Assembly (NCBI GenBank): GCA_944345705.1
Contig: CALVML010000006.1
Location: 2,202-66,201 of the forward strand
Reading direction: 5' to 3'
DNA: 64,000 nucleotides
From: an uncultured Clostridia bacterium
GTDB taxonomy: Bacteria > Bacillota > Clostridia > Christensenellales > UBA1242
The position numbers were made by a program, and so were the translations under genes. Below the pieces are notes generated by a model, which saw only the letters and a list, made by a program, of their open reading frames with translations, was not told the origin of the DNA and ran no database searches. Below, piece by piece: positions 28,903-38,664 of this stretch. Position 1 is the stretch's first letter. Each line of letters begins with the position of its first letter.

Positions 28903-30746
28903 AAAAGGAAGAAGAAAAAATTGTAAATGAAGTGCTTGCCGATTTTAAAGAGCGAGCAGAAAAACGAAAGAGTCTTGACCTTATCTGGCAGGTAAACATG
29001 AATTTTTTAATGGGCAATCAATATTGCAATATTGGCTATGGCGGAAACCTAGAAGAAAGCGAAAGACAATATTTTTGGCAAGAGCGAGAGGTGTTTAATC
29101 ATATTGCACCAACTTTCGATATTCGATATGCAAAACTTACCAAAGTGGACACCGAGATAAACATTTTGCCTTCGACTAATGACGAGCGAGATGTAAAATC
29201 TGCAAAAGTTTCTAAAAAGATAATAAAATCTATCAAAAACAAATTGAAATTGCAATCTATTATCGCGCAGGGCATAAAATGGAGCGAAGTTTGCGGTACT
29301 TGTTTCTATAAGATCACTTGGAATAGTGATAAGGGACAGGTGGTTGGTCTAGATGAGGGCGGACGCCCTGTGAGAAGCGGAGAAGTCGAAGTAAGTGTAG
29401 TCAGTCCTTTTGAAATCTATCCTGACAATCTTGTCACTGAAAAACTTGAAGAATTGCAAAGCATAATTCATGCAAAAGCATATTCTACAGAGGAAGTCAA
29501 AGCCATGTTTGATGTGACAGTAAAAGGACAAGATGTCAATGTCTATAGTCTTGATAGTGTCAATTCGAGTATAGGCGGTCTTGGCTTCAATGGCACAATG
29601 CCGAAGATGATTGAAAGCAGAAAGAGTGACAGCGTCTTAGTGATAGAAAGATATAATAGACCAAACGCCACCTATCCAAATGGCAGACTTACAATAGTTG
29701 CAGGTGACAAGCTTGTATATGACGGCGATCTTCCATATAAAATTGGAAGTGATGACGAGCGTGATTTTCCTTTTGTCAAACAAACAGCGATAGATGAGCC
29801 AGGCTCATTTTTCGGCACAAGCATAATTGAAAGATTGATACCTGTTCAGCGCGCATACAATGCAGTTAAAAATCGAAAACATGAGTTTATCAATAGGCTC
29901 TCTATGGGAGTTTTGTCTGTCGAAGATGGTTCAGTCGATCTTGACAACTTGGAAGACGAGGGCTTGAGTCCTGGTAAAATCTTGGTGTATAGGCAGGGTT
30001 CAAGCGAGCCTAAATATCTTCAAGGTGAAAGTTTGCCAAATGGACTCAGTGATGAAGAAAATGCCTTGCTTGAAGAATTTAATAAGATAAGTGGAGTCAA
30101 TGATATATTGAATTCAAGTTCGCTGTCATCAAATATAAGTGGAACAGCACTTGAATTATTGATTTCACAGGATGAAGAACGCCTTAACGCCTCTATAGAA
30201 AGCATAAGAGGCGCAAATATCGAGATTGCACGCAAAATATTGAAACTTTACAAGCAATATGCAATTTTTCCGCGACTTGCACGAATTGTTGGCGAAAATG
30301 GACAAGTTGAACTATTTTACTTTTCATCGTGCGACATCTCAAGTGATGATGTTGAAATAGAAAATGTATCAAGTGGGCTTAGCAGTATGACGCAAAGACG
30401 AGAGATGATCTTCTCACTGCTTGAGAAGGGGATTTTTAACGATGAAAATGGTCAATTGTCAAGCAAGATGAAGTGCAAGATATTTGAGATGCTTGGCATG
30501 GGCAATTGGGAAAGTGCCCAAGACTTAAACGAGTTACATATCAAAAAGGCGGGAAGCGAAAACCTAAAGATGCTCGACGGAGTCAACTGCAAGGTCAGTG
30601 AGATTGACGAAGATAATCTACACATCAACGAGCATATTGCATTTATGCTTGGCAGTGACTATGAAAAGATGTCAATGAAAAATGCAAATCTCGAGCGGGT
30701 ATTTTTAGAACATATCCGCGCTCATAAACAAAAAATGGAGGGATAA
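28899..30746 (+). CDS. Putative phage portal protein
   Basis: 615 aa. N-terminal ...LIWQVNMNFLMGNQY... (the W..N..F..G.Q pattern common in portal proteins). Size and position before scaffold/capsid genes fit a portal. Confidence 0.55.
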   Translation: MKKEEEKIVNEVLADFKERAEKRKSLDLIWQVNMNFLMGNQYCNIGYGGNLEESERQYFWQEREVFNHIAPTFDIRYAKLTKVDTEINILPSTNDERDVKSAKVSKKIIKSIKNKLKLQSIIAQGIKWSEVCGTCFYKITWNSDKGQVVGLDEGGRPVRSGEVEVSVVSPFEIYPDNLVTEKLEELQSIIHAKAYSTEEVKAMFDVTVKGQDVNVYSLDSVNSSIGGLGFNGTMPKMIESRKSDSVLVIERYNRPNATYPNGRLTIVAGDKLVYDGDLPYKIGSDDERDFPFVKQTAIDEPGSFFGTSIIERLIPVQRAYNAVKNRKHEFINRLSMGVLSVEDGSVDLDNLEDEGLSPGKILVYRQGSSEPKYLQGESLPNGLSDEENALLEEFNKISGVNDILNSSSLSSNISGTALELLISQDEERLNASIESIRGANIEIARKILKLYKQYAIFPRLARIVGENGQVELFYFSSCDISSDDVEIENVSSGLSSMTQRREMIFSLLEKGIFNDENGQLSSKMKCKIFEMLGMGNWESAQDLNELHIKKAGSENLKMLDGVNCKVSEIDEDNLHINEHIAFMLGSDYEKMSMKNANLERVFLEHIRAHKQKMEG

Positions 30747-30747
30747 A

Positions 30748-31464
30748 ATGGAAGAAGAATTTAGAGAACAACCGACGACGGAACTGGCAACCGCTTTAGA
30801 CCGAGCAAATGAGAATAGTGCTGAAAGTGTGGTCGGCTCTCAAGAAAATCTAGGAAAATTCAAATCTGCAAGTGCGTTATACGAGGCCTATAACAATCTT
30901 CAGTCTGAATTTACTAGAAAATGTCAGCTTTTAAGTGAACTACAAAAAGAAAAAACAGGGCAAGAAAACAAAGATGACTATAAGGCAAATGATGATCAAT
31001 CTGCGCCTGCAAGTCAAGACGAAGAAAAATCCAAATTGCAAACCGACAATCTTGAAAAGACCGATTTGCAAGCTGGCGACTTTGAAAAAAGCCAAAGTGA
31101 AATGCAAGCCTCTCTTGCCGAGTTCCTTTTAAGTCATAAGGAAGCTGAAGGTTTTATTGATGAGATTAAAGAAAAGATCTCTCAAGGCAATCAAAATCAA
31201 AATCCTTTTGAAAGTGCGTGGGAAAGCGTAATGCTAGCTCACTTAAAGTCACAAGACCCGAGCGACGTAATTGTAAATCAATATGTAGCTAGTGATGAAA
31301 GGATAAAAAACAAGATAATTCAAGACTATCTATTACAATTAAATGAAGGAAAGCCACCAAAAACGCTATCTTCAAACAGTGGACAAAGGTTGTCTAGTGT
31401 AATTCCTGACAATCCTTTGACACTTGAAGATGCTAAAAAACTTGTTGGCAAAATGTTTAGTTAA
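30748..31464 (+). CDS. Putative capsid scaffolding protein
   Basis: 238 aa, highly acidic, helical/low-complexity, located between the portal-like and capsid-like genes. Confidence 0.45.
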   Translation: MEEEFREQPTTELATALDRANENSAESVVGSQENLGKFKSASALYEAYNNLQSEFTRKCQLLSELQKEKTGQENKDDYKANDDQSAPASQDEEKSKLQTDNLEKTDLQAGDFEKSQSEMQASLAEFLLSHKEAEGFIDEIKEKISQGNQNQNPFESAWESVMLAHLKSQDPSDVIVNQYVASDERIKNKIIQDYLLQLNEGKPPKTLSSNSGQRLSSVIPDNPLTLEDAKKLVGKMFS

Positions 31465-31628
31465 AATAATTATTTAGCGTTAATTTTTATTAATTTAATA
31501 AAAAAATGCAAAAAAATCGCAAAAAGTTTAAAAAAATCATAAAAAATGCGATATTTTAATTATTTTCAACAAACGAAAATTAAAAACAGAAAATAAAAAA
31601 TCTAAAGATTTTTAAAAAAGGAGAAAAT

Positions 31629-32849
31629 ATGGTTACATTACAAACAGCAGAGAGTGCACTTAAAAATGTCTATCTTGGCGTTGTCGCAAACCAACTCAAT
31701 GTCAAGGCAAATCCACTCCTTGCTAAAATCAAACAATCTACTAAAGATGTATGGGGTAAGGAAGTAAGAAAACTTGCTCCTTTCGGTATCAATGGTGGAA
31801 TTGGTGCAGGTAGTGAAACAGACGCCCTTCCATCATCTTCTGCAAACAGCTATGTACAGTTTGTTGCAGACCTAAAAAACCTTTATGGTAAAATCGAGTT
31901 GTCAGATAAAGCAATAAGAGCATCTGCAAACAACATCGGTGCTTTTGTAAATTTACTTTCTGATGAAATGGAAGGACTTGTAAAAGCAAGTTCATTCAAC
32001 CTTGGCAGAATGTTATATGGAGATGGCAGTGGACTTCTTGCAACTGTCAAATCACATGCCTCTAAAGTTATTACTTGCGACAAGGTTAACAACATGATCG
32101 AAGGAATGCTTATCGATGTTTACAACACATCAAGTACAAAAGTTAATACAAATCCGCTCAAGATCGTATATGTTGACAGAGTAAATAATACTGTGACTTA
32201 TGAGTCTAGCGAAACTCTTACTATAAACGAAAACTTTACTCTCTATGTTCAAGGCTCTAAAGGCTATGAGATTTCTGGTCTTGGCAAGATCTTCTCAAGC
32301 GATGACACTATCTATGGCGTAAGCAGGACAGCTCATCCTTGGCTTAAAGCATACACTTCATCTAGCGAAACAGAGATCTCTGATATCTTAATTCAAGAAG
32401 CAATTGACTTTTTGGATATGAATGTTGACAGTCAAATCAACTTTATTGCCTGCTCAAGTCAAGTTCGCCGTGCATATCAAGAGTACCTTGGAGCATACAG
32501 AAGAAATATCGAAGTTATGACTCTTGATGGTGGATACAAGACAATCTCTCACAACGGCATACCTGTTGTTGCTGACAGATTTGTAGACAATGACACTATG
32601 TATCTATTAAATACAAATGATTTCACATTACATCAACTTTGCGATTGGAAGTGGCTTGAAGGCGAAGATGGAAGAATTTTAAAACAAAATCAAGGCTATC
32701 CAACTTACAGCGCAACACTTGTAAAATATGCAGAACTTATCTGTGATAAGCCATGCGGACAGGCAAAGATTTCCAAAATCAAATCTACTGTAACAAATCC
32801 ATTCCAAACTACAGTAAATGTTACAAATAGCGACGGAGAAACTGCTTAA
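31629..32849 (+). CDS. Putative major capsid protein
   Basis: 406 aa with a strong RBS AAAGGAGAAAAT, preceded by a phased A-tract region. Position after the scaffold gene and size are typical of major capsid proteins. Confidence 0.5.
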   Translation: MVTLQTAESALKNVYLGVVANQLNVKANPLLAKIKQSTKDVWGKEVRKLAPFGINGGIGAGSETDALPSSSANSYVQFVADLKNLYGKIELSDKAIRASANNIGAFVNLLSDEMEGLVKASSFNLGRMLYGDGSGLLATVKSHASKVITCDKVNNMIEGMLIDVYNTSSTKVNTNPLKIVYVDRVNNTVTYESSETLTINENFTLYVQGSKGYEISGLGKIFSSDDTIYGVSRTAHPWLKAYTSSSETEISDILIQEAIDFLDMNVDSQINFIACSSQVRRAYQEYLGAYRRNIEVMTLDGGYKTISHNGIPVVADRFVDNDTMYLLNTNDFTLHQLCDWKWLEGEDGRILKQNQGYPTYSATLVKYAELICDKPCGQAKISKIKSTVTNPFQTTVNVTNSDGETA

Positions 32850-32874
32850 TTATTTGTAAATAAAAGTAAGGGGT

Positions 32875-32903
32875 AAGGCAAAAAATTAAAAATTTTTTGC
32901 CTT
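32875..32903 (+). terminator. Hairpin after the capsid gene (weak terminator candidate)
   Basis: AAGGCAAAAAATT-AAA-AATTTTTTGCCTT, with no trailing T run beyond the stem. Confidence 0.35.
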
Positions 32904-32904
32904 T

Positions 32905-33156
32905 CAGACTGTAGACAAACGGCGCGACCGAAAAATTATAAGTAATTTTTCTTGCATCGTATCGTCAAAGGCTACGCTTATGTCAAGTTGTTAAAACAAC
33001 TTAGACTTTAACGCTCTCCTTTTACTCTCCCCATAAATGCAAAAGCATTTACGGGGTACCCCAAAATAAAACGCTCAAAACCAGTCATTTAGGTATACTA
33101 AACTCCTGGCTTTGAGCATTTTTCGAGCCTTGCCTCGCTTGTTTTTCTACAGTCTG
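32905..33156 (+). ncRNA. Candidate structured RNA / MITE-like element (about 250 nt) within the phage-like module
   Basis: Closing inverted repeat CAGACTGTAGA(C)AAAC ... G(T)TTTTCTACAGTCTG. At least five internal hairpins (GAAAAATTA/TAATTTTTC, AAGTTGTT/AACAACTT, CCCCATAAATGC/GCATTTACGGGG, GCTCAAA.CCAG/CTGG.TTTGAGC, TTTAG/CTAAA). Visibly more GC-rich than its flanks. No ORF. Confidence 0.4.
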
Positions 33157-33284
33157 TTAATTCGTCAAAACTTTAATAATTTTTTCTTTAATTTAATAAA
33201 AATTTCAAAAAAAACAGCGATTTTTTTAAAAAAATATGCGATTTTTTGAAAAACAAAAGATATTTTTGCAAAGGAGTTATATTT

Positions 33285-33602
33285 ATGAAACATTTGATTG
33301 AAGTGACAAGCGATACCTTCTATATCTGTCAAAGACTTAAAGATATAGACAAAGATTACTATATTCTTTTTAATTTGACCAGTAAAAAGTTCGAAGTTCA
33401 CGTGCGCGGTCAAGGCAAGAATAGTTATGCGTTTACCGTTCCTTTCGACACACTAGACGAGCGTACACTTTTCTATGCAAGGAAGACCAGAAGAGAGCGC
33501 ATGGACAGGCTCATTGCAGAAATAGAAAGAGAAAATGAAAAATATTATGAGAGAGCGATAAAAGAAGGAGTAGATAAGATAAAGGAGGCTCTATGTCAAT
33601 AA
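33285..33602 (+). CDS. Hypothetical phage-module protein (105 aa)
   Basis: ATG 33285 lies 8 nt after AAAGGAG. No family recognised. Confidence 0.5.
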   Translation: MKHLIEVTSDTFYICQRLKDIDKDYYILFNLTSKKFEVHVRGQGKNSYAFTVPFDTLDERTLFYARKTRRERMDRLIAEIERENEKYYERAIKEGVDKIKEALCQ

Positions 33603-34147
33603 AAGATATAATAATTCTTGCCTGTAGTTTTACCGAAAATGAAGAGCTTAAAGAGGCACTTTCCTCAAATACTGCAAGCCTTGATGAAAAGCAGGCAGAT
33701 CTTGTCAATATGTTTGTCGAGTGCTTTAATTTGATAGCAAACGAAATCGCCAGTGACTATATTCCGCATTATGAGCGTGAAACTTATGTCACCAATGATT
33801 TCAAGATCAACTATTCGAGTTTTTCGACTGTTCCGCTTAAAATCGTTTCGGTAGTTGATAAAAATGGTCACAAAGTGCGCTTTAAAGCATTTGATGACTA
33901 CTTAATGGCACTTGCAAGCGAAGTGACCGTCACCTATCTATCTCAGCCTGAAGAAAAGGGGTTAAATGATAGTGTTGCTAGCGTTATTCCAATGCGGATC
34001 TATGCCTATGGTATGGCGAGAGAATACTATCTTATGCAAACTCTCTATGAAGAGGCGGATATATGGCAAGAGCGTTTCGTACAAGCGCTCCAGTCGCTTT
34101 CGCGCAGGAAAAATGAAACAATGATGCCTGCTAGGAGGTGGCTATAA
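33593..34147 (+). CDS. Hypothetical protein, possibly head-tail adaptor/connector
   Basis: 184 aa, overlaps both neighbours (translational coupling). Position after the capsid gene and a helical N-terminus resemble gp6-like head-tail connectors. Weak. Confidence 0.35.
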   Translation: MSIKDIIILACSFTENEELKEALSSNTASLDEKQADLVNMFVECFNLIANEIASDYIPHYERETYVTNDFKINYSSFSTVPLKIVSVVDKNGHKVRFKAFDDYLMALASEVTVTYLSQPEEKGLNDSVASVIPMRIYAYGMAREYYLMQTLYEEADIWQERFVQALQSLSRRKNETMMPARRWL

Positions 34148-35622
34148 TGAGTTATGCCGATAAGATCAAAAGCAAGGAAAAAGAGTTTAGATTTAGTCTT
34201 TTTGCGTCAAATTCAGCAAAAAACAGTGATGAACTTGAAAAAGTCGGACTTACAAAAGAAAAATATAACCTGATTTGCTCTGACGGTTCGCTTAAGTCTG
34301 GCTATGGTTTTGCCGACTTAAAGATGCCGACAAGCGAAACAGACCTAGACAGTGAAAGTGTGGTTGATTTTCGTGGCGACTCTGTCAAAGCCATCTGGAA
34401 ACTCAAGTGGTTTGATGTGAGCGCAGACACCAACAAATACTATCTTTTCTACTTTAATGATGAAGGATATATTTGTTATGACAATATGTTTGGCGTGCGA
34501 GTGACTTCGTTTATTGTGCCAAACACTTTCACGCAAACGCCTTTTTGCGCCTATTATCGCAAAGGCACTCAAGACGCACTGCTCCTGTCAGGTGAAGGGG
34601 ACAGTTTGACCGTGCTTACAGGCGGATCAAACGAGAAAAATGAAGACGCGCCCGAGATTATATCAATTTGCGTATATTCAGACAAACTCTTTGCAATCAC
34701 TGCCAGCGATAGAGCGTCACTGATCTATACTGACGATATAGAGATTTTGAATTTCACTGACGAAAAGACTGCAGAACTTGATTTTGGTGATGAGCGTGGA
34801 AACTTGCAAAGACTTATCTCTTTCAATGACTATCTTTACATTTTCCGCGATTATGGCATAACAAAACTATCGGTGTATGGAACGAGCGAAACCTTTGCCG
34901 TAAATCATCTTTATCATAGTGACAGCTACATATATCCAAACTCGATCTGCCTAAATGGCGAGGATGTTTACTTTTTAAACTGCAATGGACTAAAGAAATT
35001 TAACGGAACAAGCGTAAGCGATCTTGATCTCGATGGCTTTGACCTGATAAAAGATATAAATCAAGCAAAATGCTATGCCTCGATCTATGACGGCAAGTAT
35101 TATCTTGCGTGCAGGGGAAAGGTCAGCGGTGACGGTGTAGGGTGCGAGAATAATACTCAAGGCTACACGAATAATATGCTTTTTGTCTATGACATCTTGA
35201 CAAAACAGACCGACATTGTCCGTGGTATTGATATCAATATGCTTTTGACTTTCAATAACCCTTTTAAATCAAAACTGCTGGCTTGCTTCAATGGCTCAGA
35301 TTTAATAGGAAAGGTTGGTCAGCTTTCTAAAGATGGCAAATTTTTCTCAAGTCCAATAAAGAAATATTGGAAAAGCACTTGTACCGACTTTGGCTATCCA
35401 AATGCAAGCAAACGGGTGTCATCTTTCAATATCAAAAGTCTTTATGTTTGCAAGGTGAGGATTGTCAGCGATAAGGATAGTAGAGAGTTCGAGATAGGTG
35501 GCAATAGTGACTTGCAAAAGATTAAAGTAAACCTAAGAGGCAATGAATTCTATTTTGAAATTACAAGCGAAGATTTGGTGGATATCAGTAATTTTGTTGT
35601 AAATGTGAGTGTTAAAGAATGA
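34147..35622 (+). CDS. Hypothetical 491-aa structural-module protein (beta-rich)
   Basis: ATG 34147 overlaps the preceding stop (TAATG) and follows AGGAGG. No motif recognised. Confidence 0.5.
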   Translation: MSYADKIKSKEKEFRFSLFASNSAKNSDELEKVGLTKEKYNLICSDGSLKSGYGFADLKMPTSETDLDSESVVDFRGDSVKAIWKLKWFDVSADTNKYYLFYFNDEGYICYDNMFGVRVTSFIVPNTFTQTPFCAYYRKGTQDALLLSGEGDSLTVLTGGSNEKNEDAPEIISICVYSDKLFAITASDRASLIYTDDIEILNFTDEKTAELDFGDERGNLQRLISFNDYLYIFRDYGITKLSVYGTSETFAVNHLYHSDSYIYPNSICLNGEDVYFLNCNGLKKFNGTSVSDLDLDGFDLIKDINQAKCYASIYDGKYYLACRGKVSGDGVGCENNTQGYTNNMLFVYDILTKQTDIVRGIDINMLLTFNNPFKSKLLACFNGSDLIGKVGQLSKDGKFFSSPIKKYWKSTCTDFGYPNASKRVSSFNIKSLYVCKVRIVSDKDSREFEIGGNSDLQKIKVNLRGNEFYFEITSEDLVDISNFVVNVSVKE

Positions 35623-35718
35623 AACTTGTATATCTAGACACTATTGACAGGATCAATCGAGAGAGATTTCAAAGGGAGATAGAGATTGCAAAAAAGTTAA
35701 TTGTCAAGGAGAAGTAAA

Positions 35719-35943
35719 ATGGATTTCTGGGCAGAACTTGTCAAAATCATTGTCAGCAATGGCATATTTGCAATGCTCTTTGTATTCTTGTTTTTCTATC
35801 AACTTAAAGATAGTGCAAAAAGAGAAGAGTCATATAAACAGACAATCGAGTCACTAACCGATCATTTGGATGTGCTCGAGCAGGTGCGTGATGAAATACG
35901 CGAACTGAAATCTCTTGTTACAGGGGGAGAAGATGAAGAATAA
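35719..35943 (+). CDS. BhlA/UviB-family holin-like protein
   Basis: MDFWAELVKIIVSNGIFAMLFVFLFFYQLKDSAKREE... parallels the BhlA pattern (GPFAVLFCWLLFYVMKTSKERE) followed by a coiled-coil tail. Confidence 0.7.
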   Translation: MDFWAELVKIIVSNGIFAMLFVFLFFYQLKDSAKREESYKQTIESLTDHLDVLEQVRDEIRELKSLVTGGEDEE

Positions 35944-36262
35944 AATAAAATCTTATGGTTTTTGGACAGCTCTTGCTGGTGCTGTGGTCGTGCTTGTCAA
36001 TGCACTAGGGCAGATGTTTGGCTTTTCAGTAGATAATGAAATAATCACAAATGTGATTATGTCGATTGCAGGGCTTCTTGTTGTGCTTGGCGTGGTAACA
36101 ATGCCAAAAGGTGACAGCAATCAGCAGGAAGGGAAGAGCGAAGAAACAGACGCAGAAAGCAAAGAAATAGACGCAGAAAGCGAAAGTGAAACGCTTTTTC
36201 TTGCTGAAGACGAGAAAGACCTTAGCACAGAAAATGATCAAAAAGCAAAGCCAAACGAATAA
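35933..36262 (+). CDS. Phage holin (phi LC3-like family)
   Basis: MKNKIKSYGFWTALAGAVVVLVNALGQMFGF...IAGLLVVLGVV: two TM segments plus a charged C-terminal tail. Overlaps the preceding holin gene. Confidence 0.6.
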   Translation: MKNKIKSYGFWTALAGAVVVLVNALGQMFGFSVDNEIITNVIMSIAGLLVVLGVVTMPKGDSNQQEGKSEETDAESKEIDAESESETLFLAEDEKDLSTENDQKAKPNE

Positions 36263-36341
36263 TTTTTGGTGCTTAGTATGTTTTGCTGGGTTATTAAATT
36301 TTTTCAGTGGGAAACACAAAGATCAATAGAAATTTTTGAAT

Positions 36342-36380
36342 AAAAAAGGGGGACAATTTTGTCCCCCCTTTTATATTTTT
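36342..36380. terminator. Bidirectional Rho-independent terminator
   Basis: GGGGGAC-AATTTT-GTCCCCC flanked by an A run and a T run, between convergent genes. Confidence 0.8.
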
Positions 36381-36460
36381 GCAAATTTTAATGATTTTTG
36401 CTTGCAATTTGTACTTTTTTTGCGAACATATTTGCATTAAATGTCTTTATGTTGAATTCC

Positions 36461-38569
36461 TTAGTCATAATCAGGACCAGTGTCTGTAAGTCCGCCCCAA
36501 AGAGCGCCAGCATAGAATTTGTATCTGTTTGGAGTTGTGTCACTTTTGCGCTTTAACACCTTGAATGTTACTTCAAGATAGTCACAGCCTTCTGCGCCAC
36601 CAAACATATCTGAATTAAATCTTCCTGAAAGGTAGGTATAACCATCTGGAATTTGTTCGTTGTCAAGTTCACTTGAGCCTGGCTCTACAATTTCATAGTA
36701 TTTTCTTACATCCGTTGTTCCAACAAGTACGAGTGGGTCTTCGCTTATAAGCAGACTTGCTGAATATCCATTTTTACCTACGTCTGTCATAAGTACTCCA
36801 TCACCTATGTCTGTCTTGAAAGCTCCAAGTTCAATATCTACTCCGCCAAAGTATATTCCGCTGTAGTGGTCTTCTGGTGCACCTGTTTCTTCGGCATCCA
36901 TACTCTTGCCACCTGTTCCATCTGGCCAGTCCCAATATACATTTTCTTGATCCCACGGCCCATCATACACTCTTACCTGCATTGACTCAAGTACGGTGAG
37001 TGTGTCTGTCGAGTTGTTGTAATAGTTAAGGTCAACGATTATGTCAAGATATTCTTCTCCATAGACGCCTTCAGTTGTGCCGTCAAGGCCAGAGTCATAT
37101 TTGAGTGCAATTCCAACTCCGTCAACACTTACTTCTTCTTTAACCATAAATACGATCGATTGATATTCATAAGGTCTGATCTTGTCAGCGGAGTTCTCTT
37201 GTCCAGGTACTGCAAAACTAGAGTCAGAATATACATTGTTTGCAACGCCAGCATATTCCATTACTTCAGATGCAGGGAACCTTTGGTCAATTGTGACATC
37301 ACCGCCTTCATCACTGCCAATTGAAACTTCATTGCACACGTTTTTGATTATGTTTGCAACTGTGCCTTCATAATCTCTGCCAAGTTCAATGCTGTCTGGC
37401 GTAGTGTCAAATTCATAAGAATAAGAATATTCTCCGTTTTCATCTACTGTGACAACTTCGGTGACATTTTCATATCTAGAAAATATGTCCGCATTGTCGA
37501 CCACATCTTTGCCGATAATGTTGTCAAGCACCCACGCCTCAATCTTTTCAATTTGACGATCGGCAAGCCCTACGAAAGAGCCGAGAATTTGAAAGTTTTC
37601 TTTTGCTCTTTCAAGTGCAGAGTCTACATTGTCGTATCCTGTCACTTGCACATTAGGCGCGCCATCACTTGCAAAGGTGACGGTAACCTGTGCTGGCTCT
37701 AAGTCCACAGCATAGCAATAGATTGCATATTCAAGCGCCTTAACAAAGTCAGAATATTCTTGATCCTCAGTTTCGTAAGCGTTTTCAGTGCCGAGATAGT
37801 AATTCATAAGACTTTCAGATGTAGCAGTAAATGTATTGTTTGCATAATAAGTTCCTACTCTATCTTTAAAAACAGCTTCTCCTGATAGATCATAAGGGGC
37901 AAAAATAGTATCATTTATTATCACATTTGTTAGATATAATACATTCAAGGACATACCACTTTCATAGGTTAAGTATGCATTCGTATTAACTGTATCTTCT
38001 CCCACATTTAACCATTTCATATCATAAGGTGCACCCCAGTTCCAAGCAAGTGAGGTGTCCGCACCGACAATTTGATATTGTTGTGGCAGACTTTGTGATA
38101 TAGTCAAATCTTCATCGCTTATGCTACTATTATTGACAATTTGTCTACTTGTTACAGTGCCTTCAGTATTGACTTGATAACGCATACTATCATAAAGATA
38201 AGGTAAGTTGTTTTCAATATCAAAGTTTGGATTGTTGGATTGAACAATTGCTGGCGTATTATCTATATTTGTATCAGCGATTCCATAAATACTATATAGA
38301 TAATTAATAATTCCCCATGCATATTGGCCATAATAATCATTTGTACCACCATCAGTCGCACCAGAGCCTTCATCATAGTTATAGTTGTCAGGGCGATAAA
38401 GCACTTTTGTGCCGTAAAGACTTGATGATGTGATGGTTTCAGGATCACTTTCTTCAAAGTCATCAAGTTCAGCAAATTCATCACAACCTGAAAGTAATGC
38501 AAGTGCAGGGAATATGCACAGCATCAATAGACAGATTATTCTAAAGATAACAGTTTTTTTCTTTTTCAT
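36461..38569 (-). CDS. Large lipoprotein of unknown function (702 aa)
   Basis: Signal peptide with lipobox ALALLSGC. Acidic, Tyr/Asn/Asp-rich extracellular domain. Confidence 0.7.
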   Translation of the reverse strand: MKKKKTVIFRIICLLMLCIFPALALLSGCDEFAELDDFEESDPETITSSSLYGTKVLYRPDNYNYDEGSGATDGGTNDYYGQYAWGIINYLYSIYGIADTNIDNTPAIVQSNNPNFDIENNLPYLYDSMRYQVNTEGTVTSRQIVNNSSISDEDLTISQSLPQQYQIVGADTSLAWNWGAPYDMKWLNVGEDTVNTNAYLTYESGMSLNVLYLTNVIINDTIFAPYDLSGEAVFKDRVGTYYANNTFTATSESLMNYYLGTENAYETEDQEYSDFVKALEYAIYCYAVDLEPAQVTVTFASDGAPNVQVTGYDNVDSALERAKENFQILGSFVGLADRQIEKIEAWVLDNIIGKDVVDNADIFSRYENVTEVVTVDENGEYSYSYEFDTTPDSIELGRDYEGTVANIIKNVCNEVSIGSDEGGDVTIDQRFPASEVMEYAGVANNVYSDSSFAVPGQENSADKIRPYEYQSIVFMVKEEVSVDGVGIALKYDSGLDGTTEGVYGEEYLDIIVDLNYYNNSTDTLTVLESMQVRVYDGPWDQENVYWDWPDGTGGKSMDAEETGAPEDHYSGIYFGGVDIELGAFKTDIGDGVLMTDVGKNGYSASLLISEDPLVLVGTTDVRKYYEIVEPGSSELDNEQIPDGYTYLSGRFNSDMFGGAEGCDYLEVTFKVLKRKSDTTPNRYKFYAGALWGGLTDTGPDYD

Positions 38570-38664
38570 AACTTTATTTTATCCTAAATTTATCTAAAAA
38601 TCAATTTATTTAATGTATTTTAATATATTTTAACAAAAAAATGGCAATTTCTGCCATTCTTTTT

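Larger units (their letters stand above)
28410..36262 (+). mobile_element. Phage-derived head + holin gene module (defective prophage, satellite, or domesticated capsid cluster)
   Basis: Co-directional block: small terminase-like/HTH ORF, Cys4 ORF, portal-like, acidic scaffold-like, capsid-like, adaptor-like, 491-aa ORF and two holins. I see no large terminase, tape measure/tail, integrase, repressor or endolysin. Confidence 0.6.

Noticed and set aside
28410-36262. Calling the phage-like block an intact, inducible prophage.
   Set aside because: No integrase, repressor, replication, large terminase, tail or endolysin genes are visible by eye, and the block is only about 8 kb. It is reported instead as a head + holin module of uncertain status.
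36348-36368. G5/C6 runs as a phase-variation tract.
   Set aside because: They are the two complementary arms of a canonical terminator hairpin between convergent genes.
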